64,000 nucleotides of DNA from Takakia lepidozioides (taxonomy: Eukaryota; Plantae; Bryophyta): NCBI GenBank assembly GCA_030704615.1, contig CM060731.1, forward strand, positions 32,798,001 through 32,862,000, given 5' to 3'. Under the pieces are notes generated by a model. That model saw only the letters and a program-made list of their open reading frames with translations. It was not told the origin of the DNA and did not search any database. Numbering within the stretch: position 1 is the first letter of the stretch; every line of letters begins with the position of its first letter. A program made the position numbers and the translations under genes. This document shows, one piece after another, positions 11,517 to 22,392 of the stretch.

Positions 11517-13096
11517 CCCATTGTGTCGAACAGTGGCCGATGCAGTGGTGGTGCTAGAGCAAATAGTGGGCTTTGATGTAAGGGACCCTGCCACAAAGAG
11601 AGTGGCCCACCTCATTCCTCTCCAAGGATACAAACAGTTCCTGATTGCTGATGGACTTAAGGAAAAGCGCCTTGGAGTCCTCCGCAACAGTTTCTTTGAT
11701 GCTCATCAGACTTTATCAGATCAGTCTGGCACAGTCGATTCCCTCATCGCAACTTTAAGGTGCACACTGCATGAATTTTTTGAGTCTCTTAACACGCATG
11801 TCAATTTCTTCCTCTTTCTCTAATGCCATGTGCTGGTACATTCTAATGCCATGAATCATAGATGGCAACCGTGTTACATTCAGATGCAGCAATGCTAGAT
11901 GCATATCCCTGTGATTTCTTGGAAGTCTACTGGTATAAATGGTGTACATGGTAACATGACAGGAGTTAGAACAGAGAGATAATGAGCTTTGATTGACACA
12001 GGAACCAGGGGGCTCAAATTCCAACATAACCATTCCTGGCACCTCGGACTGCTAGTGAGAAGGAGGTTCTCCTATTCGAGTTCAAGCAGGACCTCAATAC
12101 ATACTTAGCAGGGCTTGTGAAGTCCCCAGTGCGTACTCTAACAGAGGTTATTGCGTTCAATAATGAGCACGCTAATGAGGTTGGTTTTTACCTTCTTGCA
12201 CTCACAATCAGACAACTCTCTTGCTATATCCCATGGATCAAAAGGAAGGAATCAGCATCCTTTATGTTACATTGGCTCATGTCAAAAAGATTCTTGGTCT
12301 CACTTAGAGCTGCATGAATCTTTTTTAGGTCTTTAGCATACTTAATCAACAGTCAACATGGCATGCATTCATCCCATCCGACAGATGCAAATACAGTAGG
12401 GGAACTTAACAGACAGGTTTAATTGCAAGCTGAATGTGAAAAGAGTACGAATGACTCCAGCCAGAGCTAGTATAACCACCTGGCAGGCCTACCATCCTTC
12501 TGAGTTGTCATTTTTCCAGGGGAAGTGGGGACCCGACTGTCCCTGGAGAACCTTAGAAGCCTCTCGCACCCAGTTGGCAAGGTAATGCCCTCCCCCTGAT
12601 GGGTAGGCTCTGTAGCATAACCTTTGACATAAGCTGCAAATCACCTACATTGTGGCTTCTGTGCCAAAAAATCTTATTATTGTACCAACTAATTGTTGCT
12701 TTACAAACTGCTAATTTGGTTTTCTGAACTTTGCAGGAGGAGCTCTATCTGTATGGGCAGGATATTTTTATTGCATCAGAGAATACCAGTGTCTTCCACT
12801 CAAAGGTGTACCAAGAAGCTTTAGAGAGAGACCATTTCGTTACGAAGCATGAAATTGATAGCACCCTCGATGCACTTAGATTGGATGCTTTAGTCGCACC
12901 ATCAGAGAGTGTGTCAACACTAGTAGCCATTGCTGGATACCCAGGCATATCAGTTCCTGCTGGCTATGATAAGGAAGGAGCTCCTTATGGAATAGGGTTT
13001 GTTGGTAGGCAGGGTTCTGAGCCTACTCTCATTGAGATTGCATATGCCTTTGAGCAAGCTACCAAAGTCCGGAAGCCTCCTCAATTTCTCAAATAA
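11517..13096 (+). pseudogene. Amidase-signature family gene, 3' half only (exons 11517-11759, 12002-12179, 12737-13096)
   Basis: Reads PLCRTVADAVVVLEQIVGFD, EFKQDLNTYL...SPVRTLTEVIAFN and AIAGYPGISVPAGY...EPTLIEIAYAFEQATKVRKPP, with GT-AG boundaries. The middle exon has frameshifting deletions (NQGAQI/NITIPGTS/TASEKE). No N-terminal catalytic GGSSSGS exons were found upstream. Confidence 0.85.
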
Positions 13097-15200
13097 AGGT
13101 CCACTAAGAATACTTTGAGGTAAGGGCACATTTTCAACTGTATGTGTGCTGAGTCCGATGGCAAATATCACAGTAGTACTTACATGAAACCAGATGTTCA
13201 AGGTAGCTTCAAGACCCAAAGCTCAATACTTGACTAGTTGAAAGTACTTAAGAAACGAAATAGAAACAGGGCAGACAGGTTGGACCTTGGGAGCTATTTT
13301 ACCTGGCTGCATGCTTAAGTGACTTTCATTCTATGCTCAGTGAGTTCCAGATTGTTTTGGCTGAGAAATGATGACCTATATCTCCACTGTCAGATGACAA
13401 GGGAGTGTCAACTTGTTAGTACCTGCCTCAAAATCAAAGTCCAATGGTAATGACAACCATCCTCAACCATCCCCACCTGATGGCAAACATCGACATGCCA
13501 TTGGTGGCTCCTGAGATTTTGGCCAATATCTGCATAATCATGTCGGAAGTACGAAAGGAAGCATTTCCATAGAATCAACCACCACGGCGAGCTGACTTGT
13601 ACTACAGCAGGGTGGCCTTGTGCTCCTCCAATTGAGCCTTGGCTATCTCCAATTCCAGACCTGAATGATTCCCTACCTAATTGTTAATACTGAATTGTGT
13701 GCTGGCGGAGTCCCACAGGACTTTTACACTCAGTCAGATACCTTGCGTTTTGGCCATGCAATTGGTGGTGGAAGCCACACTTCCCACTCTCCTTTGTCTG
13801 GTACATGTAAATATGTGGGGTGGTAGATCAACATGCATGTTGTTTGTGATTTGTGTTGTCACATGTTTTCTCTTTCAAGTCAGAAGCAACAGTGGACATG
13901 TACATTGAGGGCCCGTTGCACTAAAGGGGAGTGTGCTATAGTGAGTGCTCACATGTCAAAACAGTTTAGAATGTCAGGGAGGGACCTCCAAGCTTTGATC
14001 AGGGACAACCCTCTGTGATGAGTCTGGATATTGGGTAGCTAGTTAGACTCCCATCAGCATGAAACTTCTTGAATCAGACTGATAGGTGTCTTTGCAAACC
14101 AATGACAGAAAATCATGGCTCTGTCTGTCGTTAACATGGCAGGGTGAGAGGTCCCACTAATTTCAGGTTCACCTGGAAGAGGACTCTTGATCAGGCAAAA
14201 GGACGAATGATAACACCAAAAAAAAAGGTGCATACAGAGTTGGGTCTTCGAGTGGAGCTGGCAAGACAGAAAGAAAAGTATCCAGTTCAGATTTTCTCTC
14301 TTGCAATGCAGCTTGAACATGTCAGCAATAGGAATCCAAAAGATGTGCCGGTCCTCTTTTAAGTACGTGCCTAAGAGTGATTCAAAGTATATCTTGCACT
14401 TGCAGATCCTGCTGTAATTGTTGGGGGTGTTTAGTACAAGATTTGGATTAGGATATAGAGCCCACCCCTGAAATGGGGCAGTAAGTGCAAGGCGAAGAGG
14501 CCCTTATTTATGCTAACTTCGGTTGGCGCCATATATATATATGTATATGGATAAGGATACTGCCTGTGCTCCAGAGTGCGTCCGGGAACAATTAATGTAC
14601 AGCATGGCATCAGGCAATATGTAAGTACTAGCTTCATGAGCCCAGAAATGCTTGGCCCCTTTTTCCTAGTTGGGTTGATTAACAGGAGAAAGACCAGAAT
14701 CTCAGAGTCAAATGCATGTGAATGTATGTCCAAGATCCAGCACAGCACACAAATCGACCTGCAGAATATAAATAGTATAAAAGGGTTACTGCTGAGACAA
14801 TAGAATCGAATATCATCTTGAACATCCCTACTCAAAATCAAGCTTTACAAGCATATCAAGTCAAAGAACTCGTGCAAAGACAGTTGTGTTGTACATTACA
14901 TGCTATAGTGGGAAGACCTGGCCATTCAATTTCTGAGATGAAATCACATGAAAAGAATTCCTCGCAATAAAAGCAGTAGTTGTAAGAAGAAAGAGAAGAC
15001 TCGAGCTGGAGACAACGTACCACTTGATGGTAAGAAGAAATATGCAAAACCACTTCTCACTGAGCAATGTCTTGGTGTAATCGTGAGAAAACCTGTATTG
15101 GGTCATGGTTGTCTGACTTTATTTTAGCTCACCACACTAGTGAATCTTTGACATTTGCATTTGATGACGAGTAAAGAATGCCCTTGTCTGAAAGAAATCA

Positions 15201-16226
15201 TCAAGCCAGGAATGACAGCAATAAAGCAAGATTGAAGGCAACCGACATTCCATGGCGACAAGCTGGTGTGGCCCTGAAGCTCCAACCGTCAGAAGCAGGG
15301 CCGGGTGTGTTTGGATTGTAAGGTGATGGACTGGGACTGATTCCTCCAGATCCATAAAAGGGAACTACCTTGCTTTGAAAAGACCACGAAAAGACCTTGT
15401 GGTGGACGATTCCACTCCCGGTGGCTGCTGAGAAGCCCACGAACATGTACTGATTGAGGACGGTTGACAGATCTTGGTTGACTGAAAGAAGTGGCTGATT
15501 TGGCTTCATGAAATTGTTGTTGACAAATGGACTGATCGAGATGTCGAGTTTGTGTGCTTCGCTATCGTACTCCACCCACGCTTGAATATGCTGCCCAGAC
15601 TGGAGATTCACCTTGACTGCATCAGATTGTGCATCTTTTGCAGAGATCGAATTTAAACTGTTGATGTCAACTCCCACGTGATTGTCGTTTATGTCCCAGA
15701 ACTCCACATCTTTATGCACATCAAACTCAACTGCAACTATATGTGACTGAACATCAGCGAAAGCTGTACTGGTATCGTTAGATGACGAAAGCAGCCCTAA
15801 CCATGGCCCCGCGCTTCCTATTGTAGAATTATCTGGAGCGATCATGAATGCTAGACCCTCTCCTGCGGAAGATGGGTCATTTACATTGGTTTCTATGGAG
15901 AAAATGAAAGTTGTGGCGAAGGATATGCTGGTTTCAGAGGAAGGATCAGTGAATTGGATTGGAGTCTTATAAAGAGCTCTTCCTGAAGAATACTGAGTGA
16001 TCTCTAAAGCAAGATCATCAATTGTGGCATCTCCCAGAAGCGATAAGCTACTTTCATTATTAGAAAATTGGTAGATAGAAAAACTGGTGTCTTGACCTAA
16101 GGCGATCTCACATAAACAAAGAGCTACGAGAATCAATCTAATCAATGATTTTCCAGCGAAGCTCATGCCATTTTGGCATCCATGGGGGTTCATGGAGAGA
16201 CAGCACTGGTCACTGTGGGCTTGCAT
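15201..16226 (-). CDS. Legume (L-type) lectin domain protein without kinase domain; signal peptide, Pro/Ser linker, hydrophobic C-terminus
   Basis: Single ORF with GRALYKTPI, SFATTFIFSI, GEGLAFMIAP, VAVEFD, INDNHVGVDINS, QAWVEYD and MFVGFSAATG. The start is uncertain (first ATG 16226; ATGs nearer the hydrophobic stretch are also possible). Confidence 0.88.
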   Translation of the reverse strand: MQAHSDQCCLSMNPHGCQNGMSFAGKSLIRLILVALCLCEIALGQDTSFSIYQFSNNESSLSLLGDATIDDLALEITQYSSGRALYKTPIQFTDPSSETSISFATTFIFSIETNVNDPSSAGEGLAFMIAPDNSTIGSAGPWLGLLSSSNDTSTAFADVQSHIVAVEFDVHKDVEFWDINDNHVGVDINSLNSISAKDAQSDAVKVNLQSGQHIQAWVEYDSEAHKLDISISPFVNNNFMKPNQPLLSVNQDLSTVLNQYMFVGFSAATGSGIVHHKVFSWSFQSKVVPFYGSGGISPSPSPYNPNTPGPASDGWSFRATPACRHGMSVAFNLALLLSFLA

Positions 16227-16666
16227 TTCTGAGCTTCTAAGAACAAGATCACTTATACGTATTGGCGGCACTTTCCTCCGACCACTTGCACAGTCTAAGA
16301 ATAAATGCCAAAGAACTAAAACTTTGTAAACACTTTATAAATGTACACAAGTGACTGAGAGAAAGAAAGAAGGAAGAGACAACATTAGAAAACCCAGCAC
16401 AGACCGAGACAGAACGAAAAGGGGACTCAAAAGAAGAGAGAGACGGCTACACAGTAATAGTTAGTCCATTTGATACAAGCCTGGAGGCGAGGGATAAAAC
16501 AATCCAGAATCCAGCGAGAGACGGAGACAGGGTGCAGGTCTAAAAGAAAGACGTAGGTGTGCAAGAACACCTAGTCTATTTCATGCTTAAAGAAACCTTC
16601 AGGATTCAAGCCCGAAGGAGAGAAATGGGTGTGTGATACGAAGAGAGTGAGTTACCCACTCACAGA

Positions 16667-16675
16667 GACAGAGAG

Positions 16676-16713
<38 letters not shown>
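16667..16713. repeat. (GA)n microsatellite
   Basis: Direct reading. Confidence 0.9.
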
Positions 16714-16716
<3 letters not shown>

Positions 16717-18099
16717 CCTGTGATATTATTAGAGGTCTGACGGAAGATCCCCCTTCTGGCGACCCTGACACCAATACTGTACAGCACAGCACAACGGCAA
16801 GCGCTTTCGCCGCCGACGCTTGCTGCACTAGCCGTTCACTCCCGTAGCCTTCCCCATGTTTAAATGTATTTGCTCTGCTATTCTACATTCCAAGTTCCCA
16901 TCTATCACCTCCTCCATGGAACCCACAACCCACCAACTGCTTGAAAGAAATAGTAACTTGAGACTGGGAAAATGACCCTGCCAGAGTTCTGTGAATGCAG
17001 CGCTGTGTCCGTGTGCGCGCATCATCTGACAATCTCGCACCCTCGCTCTTTGCATGTGCGCTGACAGCCTTCAGAGTCCGTGTGACGCAGACCTTCAGTA
17101 CATACTAAACCTCTCCTGCTGTAGTTGATGCAGCTCCCCTCTCCTATTCAAATTTAAAAATTGGACTGTTGTTGTTGTGGTCCCCAGTGGGGAGGTAATA
17201 TATAGGTGAGTAGTAAGTAGCTCTGGTGTGCACAAGCTATAGGATTTCTCAAAATGGAGTCATCATCTTTGTAGTGGAGATTGCACGAGTGGCAGTTGCA
17301 GTAAGTAGATTGTATGACATGAGTGAAAGAGTGAGTTGAGTGTGCACTGATCGTCATACTTAAGTCATAGCCTCACATTGATTGCCTGCAAAAAGTTCTT
17401 CCTGCAGGACCCAGGTAGATGATTGAGAGAGCATGGGGTCTTGGACAATGGGCCTCAGCGACGAGCTGCCCTTATATTAGTTGATGAGTCACCAGTGGAA
17501 GCACATATAAGACAGACTCATGGTCTCCCTGCCAGCTAAGTTGATTCACTTATTGCTGTTGATTACAGACCAGCGGTGGTCAGGGCTTCAAATCCTCTCT
17601 GTTGGAGTTAGCGTAGGTATGCATCCATGTGCTCACAACTTATGGTTTTCTTTCATTCCATCTTCGTTTTTTATGGACAAAGCAAAGCAGGAAAGGACAA
17701 AGGAGCGCAACAAACAAGGGGAAGTACACACTCCAACCTACCCTCACTCTAGTCCTCACCTGTACTGCTTGAGTGAGCTCAAAAGTGACACTGACCAGAA
17801 GCCGATCCAGCACCGCACTTTACATGACACCAATGTCCAAATGCCTGCAAAATGTAAGCTCTCACCCCTCACACGCACGTAGAGCCCTATGGAATGTTTT
17901 CTTGTAGCTTTATTCCAGCGACGACGACCGAAGGTCGGAAGCTAGTTTAGGAAAAGGGTGCCATAGTGCCTCGTCATCGTCGCCACATCATCGTCGCCAC
18001 GTTTCGTAGACATGTCATCGTCGTCGTCAATTTCTTTGGAACCTGCCCGAAATGCCCGAAAATAACCGGAAGAGACGTCTTGCAGCGCGGGGTGCTTGT

Positions 18100-21000
18100 G
18101 AGCGCGGAGGGAGACATTTGCAGATGATTATGAGTCCACCGCATGAGAGCTGGAAGGGACAAGCGCAATCGCAAGGTGTGGCTTTTTCTTAATGTACAAT
18201 ATGAAGAAGTTTGTCCATCCTGCAAATGTGGACTCTTGGCTCCTGTTAGTGCCACGATTTGGCATTCTTCATGATGTTTACAAGGTTCTTGGGAGAGTCA
18301 GCTTGGTCTTAGCAGGCCGTGTTTCAATCTTTGCCTGCTCAGCTGCACCGTGGTGGTTCTCACAGACCAATCCGACATTACCTGACAGACACAAGCAGCA
18401 CACACAAGAGGTCCTTTTGGGTTGATGGTCGGTCAAATCCTCTATGGGTCATGACACAAGGTCAAGGATAATGTGGCCGGGCACCTTCTTCTTCGACCTA
18501 TTTCAGCCTGTTTTCCCCTCTCATCAGACTCGGCCCTTACAAGTTACTGCCGATGTGGCAGCAGCAAAGTATCCAAAAACAGATACAGAGATGAGGAAGC
18601 TTTGGAATGAACACTTTTCCGACCCCAGTCAATGGTGGGACAATGGAGACAAAAAGGTGAATGCCTGTTGGACTACAGAGAGCAGATGCAATTCAGAATT
18701 CGAACTCGTGTAGTAAATAAGGTTGGGGTGTTTGCTGGAAGAACTTCACGTAGTCACTGTCAGCTGCTAGCAGCAAGGCTAAGGATGTATTCATGATTGG
18801 TACACAGCTGAAGGACCAGGGATAGAGGTCCAGATTCATCCAAGGGGGCCCGGATTTCAAACACAAGATTACTTCTGATTCCCTGTGGATCAATAGCTAC
18901 AAGAGATCTGCGTGGGTAGATGGTCAACTGGAAACAACAGCGGCAACAGCACAATTGATAGAACAAGGCACTGCTAAGGAATGCACCTTCTTCAACACAT
19001 TTCACCTTTTTTTCCCTTTTATCAGAATCGGCCCTAAATTTTCATGTTGAATTCTGCAAGTTAGCTGGTTGATGATAGTTTGGAGTGATACTGCCAATGT
19101 GACAACAGGAAAGTATCCAAAAACAGGTAACAGAGACGAGGAGAAGCTGTTCTGGCGGTGGCCCTTGCTAACATGTATGCCAAATGTGGTAGTGTAGAGG
19201 ATGCAAGTATAGTATGGCTCAAACGAGATGTGGTGTCATGGAACGCAATGAATGCAGGATATGGTCAGCATGGCTGTGCTAGGGAGGCTTGAACAACTGA
19301 AACAGGAAGACTTGAAGCCAGATGATATCACCTTTGTATATAGAAAGTGGTGGTCTGACATCCTTAGTGGGCTGCTGCTGAGGCTGGAATGCAGATAGAA
19401 AGCACCAATGCTACCACTTTCCCTGTACAAAAGAAGAAAGTGAGCCATGAGTTTCTGTGCTCTGTAGCCCATCTACATCCTCGAACTTACACGTTTGGTG
19501 CGGTATATCTCCTTGCTCATTCCCCCTTCTATGGGGTTTGATTGACTTTTTGTTGTTCCTGAGCAGTGAGAGACACACAACCAAACCACAACTGTGGCGG
19601 ACCTCGAGATGCAATTGATGTCAGGATTGGATTTGCAGTAACTGTCAAGATATTAATGAGGTGCACATATCATAGGTAGCAAGGGTGTGGAATGCTCTGG
19701 CGTATGCCACCTATCAGTTTTTCAAGGAAAACGGGCTCGTGTGGGTGGCCAGCCCCATCATCACTGCCTCTGACTGTGAAGGTGCTGGAGAACAGTTCTG
19801 CGTGACCACTTTGGTACTTGTGAGTTGTTGTAATTAAAATCTAGCAGCTGTAAGTTCGTCCAAGTATAAAAAGAAATAAAATGCAGTTGGAGCCTGTAAG
19901 GCTCTCTATTTTCCAAAGTCAATTTCATTATCATACCCTACTGGGTGAAAATTCTGTGTGTTCAATGTGGTTTGACACGTAGTGCGCGATTCTTATGAAG
20001 TTAAGACAACACTCTTTTCTACTGAGTTTGGCCTGCGCTTAAATGGATAAATGTGGATTACAGATTCCAAGTTCCCATCAAGATTCAAGACACCATTGAC
20101 AAAAATTCACAGCACCAAAGAAGGCCTTCTTGATTGGTCACAGGTCTGTCCTTTCAGTTGTTTACAATCTATGCCTCATCATACCAAAAAGTATACATTC
20201 ATGTTTCGGGATAGCTTCCATCTCTCCAGTGTTTAGGCGCTGTGTAGTCTTTGCCGATTAATCATGTGTTCTTTGTTGTCATATTTGCTGCTCTTGCACC
20301 CACTCTACTTATGCAGAAGAACTTAGTCAGCCAACTATCTAGAGGCTCTATATATGGTGATAATGGTTGGAAGTTAACTTGCTATTGTTGGCCACTGATG
20401 TATTTGACCATGCCTCCACCTAAATGTAAAGAGGTCAATGATTATCTCAACATCCCAGTTCCACAACATGCCAGGTGGAGGAAGAGAGCAGAAGGTTGCA
20501 ACAGTAGAGATCAGCCTCACAAAACCGTGACTTAGTGGGAGAAATCCAAGACCCAAACCAAGAGCCCAAAAGCAAGTTTGGTAACTCTAGCTTGCTTGTC
20601 TTGCACATGGTCATATCAGACACATGTGAATCTCTTTGTGACAGAAACAAGATGATGAACTGGATTTTTTTGCTGTTACCTATAGTGTAACCCCTACTAG
20701 GAGTTTCAGCTTTGAATTTCTGTTTGTGGTAGGGAGACTCAGAGAGGGCTTGTTTATATGTGCAAACAGGCTGGCCTGGCCTGGCCTCCTTTGCATTACC
20801 AGCATAGTTCCCTGAAATTATAGGGCCTCTAAACTCCCTCAGGACACAGTCACGGGGATTGGTATGTGTGAGAGAAGCAAATAACATCTAATGCTTAGCG
20901 AGGCACATATGACAGAATGGTCAAGGTTCGATTACCGCAATATATTATTCCTCTCTTGTGGAAAAATCACCATATCCATACTGATACCATACCAGTCACA

Positions 21001-22392
21001 GTAGCTGGCGGAGCAATACTGCGATTGCGAACAATACTCAGAGGGGAATGTTTTGAGATGTAGCAGTTATGAAGTTAGGGTGTGCCATGTTGTGTTTGCT
21101 ATGGGAGGGGTTTCCATTTTGCGGTTGGATCTTTGATGTGGGGAGGCGCAAAAGATTTAGCAGATCGGCTTTGTGATTGGAATTTTTTTTTAACTTTTGT
21201 ATGTTGCCCTCAATCTGTTTTTTTTTTCAGCTTTGATTGGAGTATGATGAATGTTGGGCTATACCATACCATTAATGTGCAGTATGTCATTTGAGTTTTT
21301 GCCATACCCATGCCTAGGACCAGGGTATCTCAAAATTAGAAATACCCATACCCATCCTATAACCTACCCTGGCCAGTCTCAATCTACACTGGGCCCTACA
21401 GTTGGACATACCAGTACAACACTAGAACTCGTTTTTGGGCCTCCAATTTGTGATGTAGGCTACGTATTGCGGTCGCCCAATTTCAGCAGAAATCTGTACC
21501 CGTTTTGAACGAAGAAGTTCACTTTGTTGTGGAGTGTGATGACTCGCTTGTACTCGTGCCGTCCTCCTAAAGTATCTCCGGAAAATTCTGAAACGAAGAT
21601 GCATTTCTCTTGTTCTACTCATTGAAAAAGAGAGCGAGAGTACTTTGCAGAAACGTTGTCACATCTGTTCTCTAAGCGTGTAGCCATGTGGGCTTAATGG
21701 ATGAAGGCCTTCACTACTTTAATTCCATGTATAGAGATCATGGCCTCACTCCTACAGTGGCACATTTTGGCTGCATAGTGGACCTTCTTGGCCGTGGAGG
21801 GCAATTGGATGAAGCAGAGGGCTTTATTAACAAAATGCGAATTGAACCAGATGGGCGGGGTGTGGGGCCTTGCTTGGTGCCTGCAGACTTTATGGCAATG
21901 TACATGTAGCTGAACATGCAGCAAAATGCCTTTTCAATTGGAACTCACAGTACCCTGCAGCTTATGTGATAATGTCAAATATATGTGGTGCAGCTGGTAG
22001 GTGGGATGATGAATCAAAGGTGAGAATGGAGGAATGAGGTGTCAAGGAAGGAGCCAAAGGCACAGTTGCATTGAGGTGGATAACCAAGTGCATACATTTG
22101 TTGTAGACGACAAAATGCATCCACGATCTGAGGAAATCACATTGAGCTGCGAAGATAACCTGGCCGCAGAGGCAAGGTAGCTGCCAGACACATGCTTTGT
22201 ATTGCGTGATTTGCTTTGGGCTGATAACCGCTCCACTGGGACATCTATCCATGTCTTCAAGAACCTTCAGGTGTGTGGTGACTGTCACACTGCCACCAAG
22301 TTCATCTCAAGGATTGTTGGCCAAACAGTTATTGTAGGAGATGCCAACCAGTTTCACCACTTTGAGGATGGGGCTGTGGGGATTACTGGTGA
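18100..22392 (+). pseudogene. Decayed OSB-type PDF-motif + PPR + E + DYW gene, interrupted by a 2.3-kb insertion (19339-21662)
   Basis: PDF-like halves: ..DKRNRK|GT (18175), then AG|TNPTLPD-RHK..LWVDGRSNPLWV (18366-18450); KLWNEHFSDPSQWWDNGDKK|GT (18656), then AG|IHPRGPDFKHKITSDSLWINS (from 18834, +1 frameshift). A third unit start near 19089-19150 runs into a PPR (ANMYAKCGSVEDA..DVVSWNAM..KPDDITFV). The PPR resumes at 21663 (SVL*ACSHVGLMDEG..CIVDLLGR), then E domain, PG box and KNLQVCGDCHTATKFISRIV, ending GAT TAC TGG TGA (DYW*) at 22381-22392. The HSE motif is deleted. Confidence 0.8.
19395..20143 (+). pseudogene. Captured fragment of organellar-type asparaginyl-tRNA synthetase gene (3 exons: 19395-19502, 19676-19813, 20064-20143)
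   Basis: The exons translate TFPVQKKKVSHEFLCSVAHLHPRTYTFGA | [46 protein letters not shown] | IPSSH..TKEGLLDWSQ, the class IIb AsnRS motif-1 region. All have AG/GT boundaries; the third exon is 80 nt (frameshift). No further AsnRS exons were seen. Confidence 0.88.

Noticed and set aside
10200-11823. Single 495-aa LINE ORF overlapping the amidase exon as a real fusion protein
   Set aside because: The first ~80 codons are just the antisense of the amidase exon plus a GA microsatellite; the open frame is fortuitous.
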